DNA of 56,848 nucleotides from Minisyncoccota bacterium. GTDB taxonomy: Bacteria > Patescibacteriota > Minisyncoccia > UBA6257 > 02-FULL-45-10c. Positions 15,914 to 25,612 of the stretch are shown here, one piece after another (the stretch's first letter is position 1; the number at the start of each line of letters is the position of its first letter). The translations under genes were made by a program, and so were the position numbers. The stretch lies in NCBI GenBank assembly GCA_028716745.1, contig JAQUPE010000004.1:1-56848 (forward strand), read 5' to 3'. The notes beneath the pieces are model-generated. The model did no database searches. It saw only the letters and a program-made list of their open reading frames with translations, and was not told where the DNA came from.

Positions 15914-18008
15914 ATTCCAAATGTATTTCCTTTTCAAATTTTTTGAAGCGGGAGGAAAGAAGAGGATAATTTTTCAAATCCGGATCGTTTGAGAAAATTT
16001 CTTCGGCTGCGGAACGAGCCGATTTTACGAGTTCGGCGTTTTGTAATGCGCTCATGGCAATATCGGGCAGGCCGGTCTGGCTTCCGCCTAAAAATTGTCC
16101 CGGTCCGCGGAATTGCAAGTCTTTTTCTGCCAGCTCAAATCCGTTTTTTGCCGTGATTAAAGAATCCAATCTGCGTTGAACTGTTATAGAAGATGAGTCC
16201 GTAAATAACAAACAAAAGGATTGGTGTTCGCCGCGGCCTACGCGTCCGCGGAATTGATAGAGCTGCGCCAGTCCGAAACGCTCCGCGCCCTCAATCATCA
16301 TAATTGTCGCGTTTGGCACATCCACGCCGACTTCAATAACAGATGTGGATACAAGAAGATGATATTTCTTGTCTTTGAAATCCTTCATAATTTTCCCTTT
16401 TTCTACGGCTTTCATTTTTCCGTGAAGCATCGCTATTTTGAAGTGAGGAAAAATTTTAGTTGATAATTTTTCAAATTCTTCTTTGACGGATTTTAATTCC
16501 AGGGCGCGTTTTTGCGCTTCGGTTATAAATTTTCCTTCCTCTTTTTGTCCCGGTTCTATCCGCGGGCAGATGACGAATGCCTGCCGGCCCTTTTTAATCT
16601 GTTCTTCAATAAAGCCATAAGCTTTCGGGCGGTTTTCCGGCGCCACGACTTTAGTGGTAATCGGTTTTCTGTTTGCCGGAAGCTCCGTAATCAAAGAAAT
16701 ATCCAAATCTCCGAAGACAGTCATCATTAAAGTCCTTGGAATCGGTGTTGCGGACATGCTTAAAAAATGAGGAATAATTTTATGGCCTCGGAGCAGGGCG
16801 GCTCGCTGTTCAACTCCGAATCTGTGTTGTTCATCAACGACTGCCAAGGCCAGCTCTTTAAACTTCACGCCTTTTTGTATGACGGCATGCGTGCCGATTA
16901 TTATTTTAAAAGCTCCATTTTCAATATCTCTTAACAGTTCTTTCTTTTTTGCCGAGGCGGCTGTTAATAAACAGACGTCATGATCAAATTCCGGGAATAA
17001 TTTTGTAACTGTTTGAAAATGCTGTTGTGCTAGAACTTCGGTCGGCGCCAAGAAGGCGGCCTGTTTATCATTTTTCAAAGCCATAATTGCCGCCAGGGCC
17101 GCGATTACTGTTTTACCTGAGCCGACATCGCCTTGAAGCAGGCGGTTCATCGGACGGGGTCTTTGGATGTCAGAAATTATTTCTTGCAGGCTTTGTTTTT
17201 GCGAGGCGGTCAGCGCGAAAGGCAATTTCTCGGTCAATTTCCGCAAATAGTCGGAATCTATATTTAAAGAAAATCCTTTTTCCTGGGCTAGGCGGGATTT
17301 TATTTTTAAATTATTAAGCTGGAGCAAAAAGAGCTCTTCAAAAGAAAATCTTTTCCGCGCGTTTTCGGCTTCAGCGTGGGAAAGAGGGAAGTGTATTTTT
17401 TTAATGGCAATATTCAGTTCCGGCAGATTATATTTTTTCAGGATTTCCAAAGGAACGAAATCTTCAATATGATCAATTTCCTTAAGAATCGGTTTTAAAA
17501 TAAACCGGATGCCCTTTGAAGTAACGCCTCTAGTCTCCGGATATATAGGAATAATTCCGGCGGTGTGTTTCGGACCGCTCATTGTTCCGGCCGAGCTCCG
17601 GCTGGAAGTTATTTCATAGGTTGGGTTAGAGAGGTGGACTTCATTTTTATATTGGACCACTTTTCCGGCGAAGTTGGCATAGGTTCCAACTTTTAATATT
17701 TTTGCTACATACGGCTGGTTGAACCAAACCGCTTTTATGCCTCCGCTATCATCTACAATAAGAACTTCAATAATAGAAATCCTTTTTTGCCAGCTCCAGC
17801 GGACGCTTATTTTATTTACGTATCCCTGGACGGTGGCGGGCTGATTAATGACAAGCTCTCCGATTGGTACGATTTTAGAAAAATCATCGTAGCGGAAAGG
17901 AAAATACCAAAGCAAATCCCGGACTGTTTTTATTTTAAGCTTTTCAAACTGTTTTATGAATTTCGGACCGACGCCGTTTATTTTTGAGAGATCGGTGGAA
18001 AGTTCCAT
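15912..18008 (-). CDS. recG: ATP-dependent DNA helicase RecG
   Basis: RLLQGDVGSGKT, VVDEQHRFGV, MSATPIPRT, QFRGRVGRG, DLQFRGPG. Confidence 0.97.
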   Translation of the reverse strand: MELSTDLSKINGVGPKFIKQFEKLKIKTVRDLLWYFPFRYDDFSKIVPIGELVINQPATVQGYVNKISVRWSWQKRISIIEVLIVDDSGGIKAVWFNQPYVAKILKVGTYANFAGKVVQYKNEVHLSNPTYEITSSRSSAGTMSGPKHTAGIIPIYPETRGVTSKGIRFILKPILKEIDHIEDFVPLEILKKYNLPELNIAIKKIHFPLSHAEAENARKRFSFEELFLLQLNNLKIKSRLAQEKGFSLNIDSDYLRKLTEKLPFALTASQKQSLQEIISDIQRPRPMNRLLQGDVGSGKTVIAALAAIMALKNDKQAAFLAPTEVLAQQHFQTVTKLFPEFDHDVCLLTAASAKKKELLRDIENGAFKIIIGTHAVIQKGVKFKELALAVVDEQHRFGVEQRAALLRGHKIIPHFLSMSATPIPRTLMMTVFGDLDISLITELPANRKPITTKVVAPENRPKAYGFIEEQIKKGRQAFVICPRIEPGQKEEGKFITEAQKRALELKSVKEEFEKLSTKIFPHFKIAMLHGKMKAVEKGKIMKDFKDKKYHLLVSTSVIEVGVDVPNATIMMIEGAERFGLAQLYQFRGRVGRGEHQSFCLLFTDSSSITVQRRLDSLITAKNGFELAEKDLQFRGPGQFLGGSQTGLPDIAMSALQNAELVKSARSAAEEIFSNDPDLKNYPLLSSRFKKFEKEIHLE

Positions 18009-18088
18009 GTTTTGAAAAATCGTATATATTATATCAAAAAAAGAAGTTTGTAAAAAGCGATTTTTTTTGATAACTTAGTTAAAGATAT

Positions 18089-18161
18089 GCGCCTATAGCT
18101 CAGTTGGTAGAGCAGCTCCCTCTTAAGGAGACGGTCGTAGGTTCGAATCCTACTGGGCGCA
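18089..18161 (+). tRNA. tRNA-Lys(CTT)
   Basis: GCGCCTA/TGGGCGC acceptor; loop CTCTTAA; GTAGG-TTCGAAT-CCTAC. Confidence 0.95.
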
Positions 18162-18207
18162 CAAAATAAAAATCGCCATCTGGGCGGTTTTTTGTTAAAC
18201 TATATAT

Positions 18208-18933
18208 ATGAAGGAATCAATTCTGTCGGTTAAAAATCTGACAGTTAAAATAGGAAAAGGAAGAATTGTTGACGACTTGAGTTTTGATGTTGAAAAGGGC
18301 GATGTGTTGGCGATTATCGGACCGAACGGCGCCGGGAAAACTACTTTGTTTAAGGCGTTGCTCGGAATAATCCCTTATGAAGGAGAGGCAAAATGGCGTC
18401 CCGGAATAAAAATAGGCTATGTCCCACAGAGGATGGAAATTGAAACAGATATTCCTCTTACGGTTTTTGAATTTTTAAAATTGCGAGAAAGCAAAAATTT
18501 CTCAAAAGAAAGGGCAGTCGAAGAACTAAAAAAAGTTTCTTTGCCGGAAGGTATTCTAAAAGCCGGTTTGGGAGAAATATCTGTCGGCCAAAGACAGAGG
18601 ATTTTGATTGCTTGGGCGCTTTTGGGGGATCCGGATGTTTTACTTTTTGACGAACCGACCGCGGATATAGACGTTCATGGACAGGAATCAATTTATCAGC
18701 TCTTATATCATTTGCAGGATAAGTTTGAATTAACCATTATTTTAATTTCCCATGACCTTAGCATTGTTTATAAATATGCGGAAAAGGTTTTATGCTTGAA
18801 TCACAAGCAGATTTGTTTTGGTTTGCCCGACGAGGCAATGAAGCCAGAGCAGATTAATAAACTATATGCCAGCGAACGTGGATTTTATCATCACAATCAT
18901 GATGAGCATAATCACGATGAACACCATCATTAA
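18208..18933 (+). CDS. Zn/Mn ABC transporter ATP-binding protein with His-rich tail
   Basis: GPNGAGKT, IGYVPQ, ISVGQRQR, DEPTADID; C-terminus HHNHDEHNHDEHHH. Confidence 0.9.
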   Translation: MKESILSVKNLTVKIGKGRIVDDLSFDVEKGDVLAIIGPNGAGKTTLFKALLGIIPYEGEAKWRPGIKIGYVPQRMEIETDIPLTVFEFLKLRESKNFSKERAVEELKKVSLPEGILKAGLGEISVGQRQRILIAWALLGDPDVLLFDEPTADIDVHGQESIYQLLYHLQDKFELTIILISHDLSIVYKYAEKVLCLNHKQICFGLPDEAMKPEQINKLYASERGFYHHNHDEHNHDEHHH

Positions 18934-18942
18934 TATAAGTAT

Positions 18943-19713
18943 ATGGAAAACGTAATTTATCAATTTATAGTGGGGATATTCATATCGGCGGCGGCCAGCT
19001 TGCTTGGAGTTTTTGCGATTTTGAAAAGAATGGCGCTGGTAGGTGACGCGCTTTCGCATGTTGCTTTGCCGGGATTGGCTTTGGCAATGGTTTTTAAAAT
19101 AAATCCTTTTATCGGCGCCGCGGCATTTCTGGCAATCTCTGTAATCGGTATTTGGCTTTTGGAATATAAAAGCACTCTATCTATAGAAACTCTCACGGGC
19201 GTGTTTTTTACGGCAGCACTTGCTTTGGGGGCGCTCTTAATTCCCGAATTGGAATTATTGGAAGCTTTATTTGGAGATATTTCTAAATTAACCGCGGTAG
19301 ATGTTGCCTTATCGGTAGTTTTTTCTCTTATTTTAATAATTGTTCTTTTGGCAATTCACAAAAAATTGGCGATCCATATGGTCTCTCAGGAAATGGCTCA
19401 TTCAATCGGCATTAAATCCAGGCAGTTGGAATTTATTTATCTGATGCTTTTCGCGCTTGGCGTGGCCTTGGGAATTAAGTTTATCGGCGCATTGCTGATG
19501 GGCGCCCTAATAATCATTCCGGCTGCCGCTGCTAAAAACATCGCCCGCGGATTAAATGAGTTTATGATTTTGAGCGTTTTATTTGGAGTTATTTCAGCAA
19601 TTGCGGGAGTTTATATATCTGATATAACCGGCCATTCGCCCGGTCCCGTATTTATCCTGGTTGGGGCAGTTATATTCGTAGCCTCTCTTATTTGGAGAAT
19701 GTTCAGAAAATAG
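18943..19713 (+). CDS. Zn/Mn ABC transporter permease (ZnuB/MntB type)
   Basis: RMALVGDALSHVALPG, GALLMGALIIIPAAAA, GPVFIL. Confidence 0.92.
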   Translation: MENVIYQFIVGIFISAAASLLGVFAILKRMALVGDALSHVALPGLALAMVFKINPFIGAAAFLAISVIGIWLLEYKSTLSIETLTGVFFTAALALGALLIPELELLEALFGDISKLTAVDVALSVVFSLILIIVLLAIHKKLAIHMVSQEMAHSIGIKSRQLEFIYLMLFALGVALGIKFIGALLMGALIIIPAAAAKNIARGLNEFMILSVLFGVISAIAGVYISDITGHSPGPVFILVGAVIFVASLIWRMFRK

Positions 19714-19805
19714 GGCATTGCGCCGCTTTTGGAGAGCTATATAATAGTATTTATGGGGTCGTTTAAAAATTAAAATTTATAGCTTTTTTAAAGCTAATAT
19801 AATAA

Positions 19806-20078
19806 ATGAAAAAATTTATTTTAATATTAATCGTGGCCGTAGTAATAATTATTTTAGGGGCGGGCGGATATTACTACTGGAATAAAATGAAAACAGTTTC
19901 TCCGGAGAGCGCGGTGATTGATAATGCCGGCGATGTTGCCGGGCAAATAACTGACAGCGCAACCCAAGGGGTATTGCCGGAATTAGGAAATACAAATCCG
20001 TTGGAAAATAAGGCGGACGTCAGTCCAACTGCTAAAACAAATCCTTTTTCGGATATAAAAACTAATCCGTTTAAATAA
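19806..20078 (+). CDS. Hypothetical small membrane-anchored protein
   Basis: N-terminal TM; C-terminal NP(L/F) repeats; directly upstream of the Cys-repeat gene. Confidence 0.65.
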   Translation: MKKFILILIVAVVIIILGAGGYYYWNKMKTVSPESAVIDNAGDVAGQITDSATQGVLPELGNTNPLENKADVSPTAKTNPFSDIKTNPFK

Positions 20079-20081
20079 AAT

Positions 20082-22226
20082 ATGAAAAAATATTTATTAA
20101 GTTTGAGTATTTTAAGCTTTGGGATTATTTGTTCAATTGTTTTGATTGGACAGGCTGCTGCCCAAACAGCAACCACAACCCTTCAGCCGCAGGAACAGAA
20201 AATGCCTGGCGACATTCAATATCCTATTCCGGATTTGGGCAATTGCCAAAGCAAGGAAGATTGTAAAGTTTATTGCGATAATTCTAAAAACGTAGGGCCT
20301 TGTCTGGCTTTTGCGGAAAAACACAATTTGTTAAGCGAAGAAGAATTGGCCGCAGCTAAAAAGTTTAAATCGGCTGGAATGGTTGGCCCTGGCGGGTGCA
20401 AGGGGCAGGAGGCGTGTGATGAATATTGTGGCAATCCGGATAATATGGAAGCCTGCATTGCTTTTGCCGAGAAAAATAATATGATGCCGGCAGAAAAAAT
20501 GGCTGAAGCTAAAAAAGTTTTGGCAGCTATTAAAAAAGGCGTGAAGCCGCCTGCGTGCAAAGGACAAAAAGAATGCGATGCTTATTGCGAGGATTCGGTT
20601 CATATGGAAGAGTGCATTAATTTTGGCGTTGAGGCCGGATTTATGCAGGGCAAAGAATTAGAAGACGCTCAAAAAATGCTTGCTGCGCTTAAGAAAGGCG
20701 TTAAGCCTCTTCCGTGCAAGGGAAAGGCTGCTTGCGATGCATATTGCCAGACTCCTGATAATATGGAGACCTGCATGAATTTTGCCATAGAAGCCGGAAT
20801 GATGAATGAAGAAGAAAAGGCGAATTCTCAAAAAATGCTGCAGGCGATTAGGAAGGGTGTAAAGCCGCCGGCGTGCAAAGGACAAGCGGAATGCGATGCA
20901 TATTGCCAGAGCGAAGAGCATATGGAAGAGTGCATAAATTTTTCCGTAGCTGCCGGAATGATGGATGAAAAACAAGCCGAGATGGCGAAGAAGACAAAAG
21001 GAAAGGGGCCCGGAGGATGCAAAAATAAAGAAGAGTGCGAAGCATTTTGCAATAATCCGGACAATCAGGAAACTTGTTTCCAATTTGGAAAAGACAACGG
21101 AATGATTCCGGAGGAAGAATTGAAAAAAATGGAAGAAGGAAAGGCGCAGTTTAAAGAAACGATGAGCAATATGCCGCAAGAAGTTAAAGATTGTTTAAGC
21201 ACCGTGGTCGGAAGCGAAAAAGTGGAGAAATTTATATCCGGAGCAGCGATGCCTTCAAAAGAATTCGGAGATCAGATGAAAAATTGTTTTGATCAATTTA
21301 TGCCGAAGCGCGGCCAGGGCGGGCCGGGTGAGGGCGGGGATATGCCTCCGGGACAGGAGTGTAAAGGAGAAAACTGTCCGCCTTCTGGACAGAAATGCGA
21401 AGGAGAAAATTGCTCTCAGGGACAATTTCAGCCAAATCCGGGAATGACTAATCCGGGCGGACAAATGATGCCGGAGCAGGCAGGTCCGGGGGGATGTAAA
21501 GGACCAGAGGATTGTAAAGCATTTTGTGAAAAAAATCCCGAGCAGTGTAAAAATGTTCAAGGCAGTCTTCAAGGACAGGGTCAGCCCGGAATGATGGTGC
21601 CAAAATGCGAAGGAGAAGATTGCGTGCAAAAAATGCTCCAGTCTGGTCCGGAGAATCAGCAATTGCCAGGCGGAGAAGCTTTTAAAAATATAATAAATAG
21701 ATTTGCTCCCCAGGGGCAGCAACAGATGATGCAGGGATTTGAAAGCGAGTGTAAAGACGGATGCGATCAAGAATGTCCCGGAGCGTCGGGGACTAATTGC
21801 ATAAATGGAAAATGTGTTTGTTATCATGAACAAAAACAATCAATGCAGATGCAGCCAGGAACGCAGGGCCAGCAAATGGTGGGACAGCCTGGGCAACCGG
21901 GACAGCAAGTTGAAAACATGATGGCTCCTGGTACGGGCCTGCCCGGCCAGGGCGCGGGAATGGGTGCCGGATCTGGACAGTCTCCAGTAGTTACAGAGCA
22001 GCAGCAACAAATGATGCAACAGATACAGCAACAGGTAGATCAGCATGTACAACAACAAATGTTACAGGTACCAACAACTGAACAAATACAGCAGCAAATT
22101 CAGCAGGCTCCGCCGCCTCCTAGCGGTTTGCCATCGGAAGGCGAATCGACCCAGCCAAGCGGAAGCAATCAAAAGCAATCATTGTTGGGAACTGTTATGA
22201 GCGCATTTATATCGTTGTTCAAATAA
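20082..22226 (+). CDS. Exported Cys-rich repeat protein with Q/G/P-rich tail
   Basis: Signal peptide; six ~53-aa repeats with C-x5-C-x3-C-x8-C plus a shorter seventh; polyQ-like C-terminus. Confidence 0.85.
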   Translation: MKKYLLSLSILSFGIICSIVLIGQAAAQTATTTLQPQEQKMPGDIQYPIPDLGNCQSKEDCKVYCDNSKNVGPCLAFAEKHNLLSEEELAAAKKFKSAGMVGPGGCKGQEACDEYCGNPDNMEACIAFAEKNNMMPAEKMAEAKKVLAAIKKGVKPPACKGQKECDAYCEDSVHMEECINFGVEAGFMQGKELEDAQKMLAALKKGVKPLPCKGKAACDAYCQTPDNMETCMNFAIEAGMMNEEEKANSQKMLQAIRKGVKPPACKGQAECDAYCQSEEHMEECINFSVAAGMMDEKQAEMAKKTKGKGPGGCKNKEECEAFCNNPDNQETCFQFGKDNGMIPEEELKKMEEGKAQFKETMSNMPQEVKDCLSTVVGSEKVEKFISGAAMPSKEFGDQMKNCFDQFMPKRGQGGPGEGGDMPPGQECKGENCPPSGQKCEGENCSQGQFQPNPGMTNPGGQMMPEQAGPGGCKGPEDCKAFCEKNPEQCKNVQGSLQGQGQPGMMVPKCEGEDCVQKMLQSGPENQQLPGGEAFKNIINRFAPQGQQQMMQGFESECKDGCDQECPGASGTNCINGKCVCYHEQKQSMQMQPGTQGQQMVGQPGQPGQQVENMMAPGTGLPGQGAGMGAGSGQSPVVTEQQQQMMQQIQQQVDQHVQQQMLQVPTTEQIQQQIQQAPPPPSGLPSEGESTQPSGSNQKQSLLGTVMSAFISLFK

Positions 22227-22228
22227 AT

Positions 22229-22259
22229 AAAAAAACCGTCCCATTAGGGGCGGTTTTTT
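22229..22259. terminator. Bidirectional terminator
   Basis: A-run-CCGTCCC-atta-GGGGCGG-T-run between convergent CDS and tRNA-Arg. Confidence 0.75.
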
Positions 22260-22264
22260 ATTAT

Positions 22265-22339
22265 TGGTGCCCTCGTGAGGAATCGAACCTCAATCTCCTG
22301 GTTCGAAGCCAGGCATTCTATCCGTTATACTACGAGGGC
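22265..22339 (-). tRNA. tRNA-Arg(TCG), CCA encoded
   Basis: Reverse complement GCCCTCG...CCTGG-CTTCGAA-CCAGG...TGAGG-TTCGATT-CCTCA CGAGGGC A CCA. Confidence 0.93.
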
Positions 22340-22418
22340 TTAGACTTTTATTATATAACAGATAACTATTATATTTTCCAATAGTTGCAAATTACGGTAT
22401 ATTTTTATTGAGAATCTT

Positions 22419-23912
22419 ATGGAAAACTTGGATAAAAAAGAAATAAGAGATATCGCCGCAGTCTTGGAAAAAGCCGGATTTGAAGCATATTTGGTGGGCG
22501 GATGCTTGCGCGATATTTTAATAGGCCAAAAGCCGAAAGATTGGGACATAACGACCAATGCTAAGCCGGAAGACATTCAAAGGATTTTTGCCGATTTTGC
22601 CGGCGCTACGGCGGATAAGCCGGCCACTGTTTATGAGAATGATTTCGGAACTGTTGGAATAAAGACCGGTTCCGAAGATGAAACCTTAAAGATTGTCGAG
22701 GTTACTACATATAGATTAGAAGGGAAATATACGGATAAGCGCCATCCTGACGAAATAAAGTTTGCTAAAACTGTGGAGGAGGATTTGGGACGCCGTGATT
22801 TTACCGTTAATGCGCTTGCCTTAAGCTTATTCGGAAAAGAAGGAAAAATAATCGATCCATTCAACGGCCAGGAGGATTTGAAAAATAAAATCATCCGCGC
22901 CGTAGGAGATCCGAACAAGCGTTTTGAAGAAGATGCTCTTCGTCTTTTGCGCGCAGTTCGTTTTGCGGCTCAGCTTAATTTCACCATTGAAGAAAAAACC
23001 GAGCAGGCGGTTAAAAAGAACGCCGGACTTTTGGAATTTATTTCCAAGGAAAGGATTCGCGATGAATTTTCAAAATTATTGATGACTGACGGCGCAATTT
23101 TTGGAATAAGAAAAATGGAAGAAACCGGACTATTAAAATATGTTATTCCGGAATTAGAAGAGGGAATAGATATGGCACAAAACAAGCATCATATTTATTC
23201 AATTTATGAACACAATGTCCGTTCTTTGGAATACGCGGTTAAAAATAATTTTTCGTTGGAATTGCGCTTGTCCGCTTTATTGCATGATGTTGGAAAACCG
23301 AAATCAAAAAGAGGCGAAGGCCCGGATGCGACATTTTATGGGCATCAGGTTGTTGGCGAAAGAATGGCGATTCAGATTTTAGACAGATTGCGTTATCCGA
23401 AAGAAATGATTGAAAGGGTCGCCTTGTTAATAAGAGAGCACATGTTTGTTTATGACCCGGAAACAGTAACCGATGCCGGCGCACGCCGTCTTTTGAGGAG
23501 GGTAGGTTCCGAAAATATAAATGATTTGTTATTGCTCCGCGAAGCCGACAGAATTGGTTCCGGCGTACCTAAGGCCCAGCCGTATCGTTTGCGCCATTTA
23601 AAGTTCCGTTTGGAAAAAGTAAGCAAGGATCCGGTAAGCGCCAAGATGCTGAAAATAAATGGCGAAGATATCATGAGCGAATTGAAAATTTTGCCTGGGC
23701 CAAAAGTAGGCTTTATTTTGTCTGTTATTTTAGAGGAGGTTTTGGACGACCCATCTTTAAATGAAGAAGGGTCCTTAATTGCGCGTGCTAAGTTTTTAGG
23801 CCAGATGGAAGATAAAAAATTGGCGGAAATGGCTAAATTTGCTAAGAAGTCTGCCGATGAAGCTCAAACAAGAATTGAAGAGGAAATAAAACAAAAGTAT
23901 TTTGTGGAATAA
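22419..23912 (+). CDS. cca: CCA tRNA nucleotidyltransferase with HD domain
   Basis: YLVGGCLRD, KDWDITT, DLGRRDFTVNA, EDALRLLRAVRF, SKERIRDE, LLHDVGK. Confidence 0.93.
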   Translation: MENLDKKEIRDIAAVLEKAGFEAYLVGGCLRDILIGQKPKDWDITTNAKPEDIQRIFADFAGATADKPATVYENDFGTVGIKTGSEDETLKIVEVTTYRLEGKYTDKRHPDEIKFAKTVEEDLGRRDFTVNALALSLFGKEGKIIDPFNGQEDLKNKIIRAVGDPNKRFEEDALRLLRAVRFAAQLNFTIEEKTEQAVKKNAGLLEFISKERIRDEFSKLLMTDGAIFGIRKMEETGLLKYVIPELEEGIDMAQNKHHIYSIYEHNVRSLEYAVKNNFSLELRLSALLHDVGKPKSKRGEGPDATFYGHQVVGERMAIQILDRLRYPKEMIERVALLIREHMFVYDPETVTDAGARRLLRRVGSENINDLLLLREADRIGSGVPKAQPYRLRHLKFRLEKVSKDPVSAKMLKINGEDIMSELKILPGPKVGFILSVILEEVLDDPSLNEEGSLIARAKFLGQMEDKKLAEMAKFAKKSADEAQTRIEEEIKQKYFVE

Positions 23913-25009
23913 TGGAAAACCGTAAAGTTAGCTATTTCATTTATTTAACCGCCGCAGTTGGCGCGGCTTCGGCGTTTTTTCACGGGCTTTTTTTCGCCAA
24001 GATTTTGCACTGGAACATTATATATAGCGATATAGTCGGTTTTTATCAAAAGGCAATTTCTTCTTTTTCGTCCGCTCAAATACAAATAGAATACCCCGCG
24101 CTTACAAGTTTATTTATACGCTTAACCGGCGCTATTGGCGGTTCGCAATTCGGTTATTATTTAATTAATGCGTTTTTTCTTATTTTATTTGCTGTAGTTG
24201 CTACATATCTTTTATATAAAATAGCGCCGGACAAAAAGAATTTATTAAATTATTGGATTTTTGCGCCGTCCATGTTTATTTTTGCGGTTTATAATTGGGA
24301 CTTGCTGGCGATTTTATTTGTTGTGGCGGCGCTTTATTTTGCCTATAAAGGAAATTATTATATTGCCGCGGTTTTTATAGCGCTTGGATTTTGCAGCAAG
24401 CTTTTTCCGGTTTTATATCTGGTGCCGATTTTATTGAAACAGAAAAATTGGAAAGAATGGCTGAAAATTATAGGTATATTTTTAGGAACTGCAGTTTTAG
24501 TAAATCTTTATTTTATATTTACTAATTTTGACGCCTGGATGTATTTTTATAAATTAAATAATCTGCGCAATTCCAATCCGGATTCTATCTGGACCATTAT
24601 CAGATTCTTTTTTAGAAATTTGAATGTATCAGGAATCAATACAATTTCGTTTTTGCTGTTCGGCTCCAGCTTTGCATATTTAATGTATAAATATCGCCGG
24701 GCTTCAATTTTTGTTTTGTGTTTTATAGCTACAGTTCTGTTTTTATTATTCAACAAGGTTTTTTCCCCTCAGTATGTATTATGGCTTTTGTCGTTTATGG
24801 CTTTAATTCCGCTGAACGCCAAGAAATGGTTCTATATTTTTGAGTTTTCAAATCTGGCGGTTCTGTTTATAATTTTGCCGTGGTTCCTAATTGATAGGAA
24901 TATAGCTTATTTTTATTGGGCGGCGCCGTTTGTTTTGTTGAGGCACGCAGTATTGGTTGTTTATTTGCTAAAGGCGGTAAGGCTGGCAAAAACCGAAAAA
25001 ATAAGCTAA
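23912..25009 (+). CDS. GT87/DUF2029-like GT-C glycosyltransferase
   Basis: YSDI, IEYPALT, NWDLLA, KLFP, NKVFSPQYVLWL; multi-TM. Confidence 0.78.
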   Translation: MENRKVSYFIYLTAAVGAASAFFHGLFFAKILHWNIIYSDIVGFYQKAISSFSSAQIQIEYPALTSLFIRLTGAIGGSQFGYYLINAFFLILFAVVATYLLYKIAPDKKNLLNYWIFAPSMFIFAVYNWDLLAILFVVAALYFAYKGNYYIAAVFIALGFCSKLFPVLYLVPILLKQKNWKEWLKIIGIFLGTAVLVNLYFIFTNFDAWMYFYKLNNLRNSNPDSIWTIIRFFFRNLNVSGINTISFLLFGSSFAYLMYKYRRASIFVLCFIATVLFLLFNKVFSPQYVLWLLSFMALIPLNAKKWFYIFEFSNLAVLFIILPWFLIDRNIAYFYWAAPFVLLRHAVLVVYLLKAVRLAKTEKIS

Positions 25010-25021
25010 TATTTCGTTTAT

Positions 25022-25092
25022 CGGAGTGTAGTATACCGGTAGTACGTGCGCTTCGGGTGCGTAAAGACTGGGTTCGATTCCCAGCACTCCGA
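25022..25092 (+). tRNA. tRNA-Pro(CGG)
   Basis: CGGAGTG/CACTCCG acceptor; TGCGC-TTCGGGT-GCGTA; CTGGG-TTCGATT-CCCAG. Confidence 0.94.
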
Positions 25093-25250
25093 CAATTAAG
25101 ACTTTGACTTTTTGTAGGCAATAAGATTAAATATTATAATAAAATAGTAAGCTTCTGGTTTGTTTTCTCTTGCATAGGTTTATGCGGGTTAAGAGATAAA
25201 TTAAGATAGGTCGGCTTATGTAATTAATTAATTTATGCAAGAACAATATT

Positions 25251-25547
25251 ATGGCAAAGAAATTGTACGTAGGTGGATTAGCTTATAGCACCACCCAGGA
25301 TGGTTTGAAAGATGCGTTTGCGCAAGCAGGAACTGTTGAAACAGCCACTATCATTATTGATAGAGAATCTGGCCGTTCAAAAGGATTCGGTTTTGTGGAA
25401 ATGGCTACTGATGAAGAAGCTCAGAAAGCGATTGAAATGTTTAACGGCAAGGAACTTGATGGACGCAGCCTTACAGTAAATGAGGCCCGCCCGATGGAAC
25501 CTCGCAAGCAGGGAGGATTTGGTGGAGGACGCAGAGAACGCTATTAA
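25251..25547 (+). CDS. RRM (RNP-1) RNA-binding protein
   Basis: KLYVGGL (RNP2), SKGFGFVEM (RNP1), Gly/Arg tail. Confidence 0.95.
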   Translation: MAKKLYVGGLAYSTTQDGLKDAFAQAGTVETATIIIDRESGRSKGFGFVEMATDEEAQKAIEMFNGKELDGRSLTVNEARPMEPRKQGGFGGGRRERY

Positions 25548-25556
25548 ACTTCAAAT

Positions 25557-25592
25557 AAAAAAAGAGAGCGCTGAAACATGCGCTCTTTTTTT
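25557..25592. terminator. Bidirectional terminator
   Basis: A-run GAGCGC-tgaaacat-GCGCTC T-run. Confidence 0.7.
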
Positions 25593-25612
25593 ATTTGTCC
25601 CGCCACCTCCTT

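Noticed and set aside
18089-25092. Prophage or island integrated at a tRNA
   Set aside because: No integrase was found, and no duplicated tRNA 3' end was noticed by eye.
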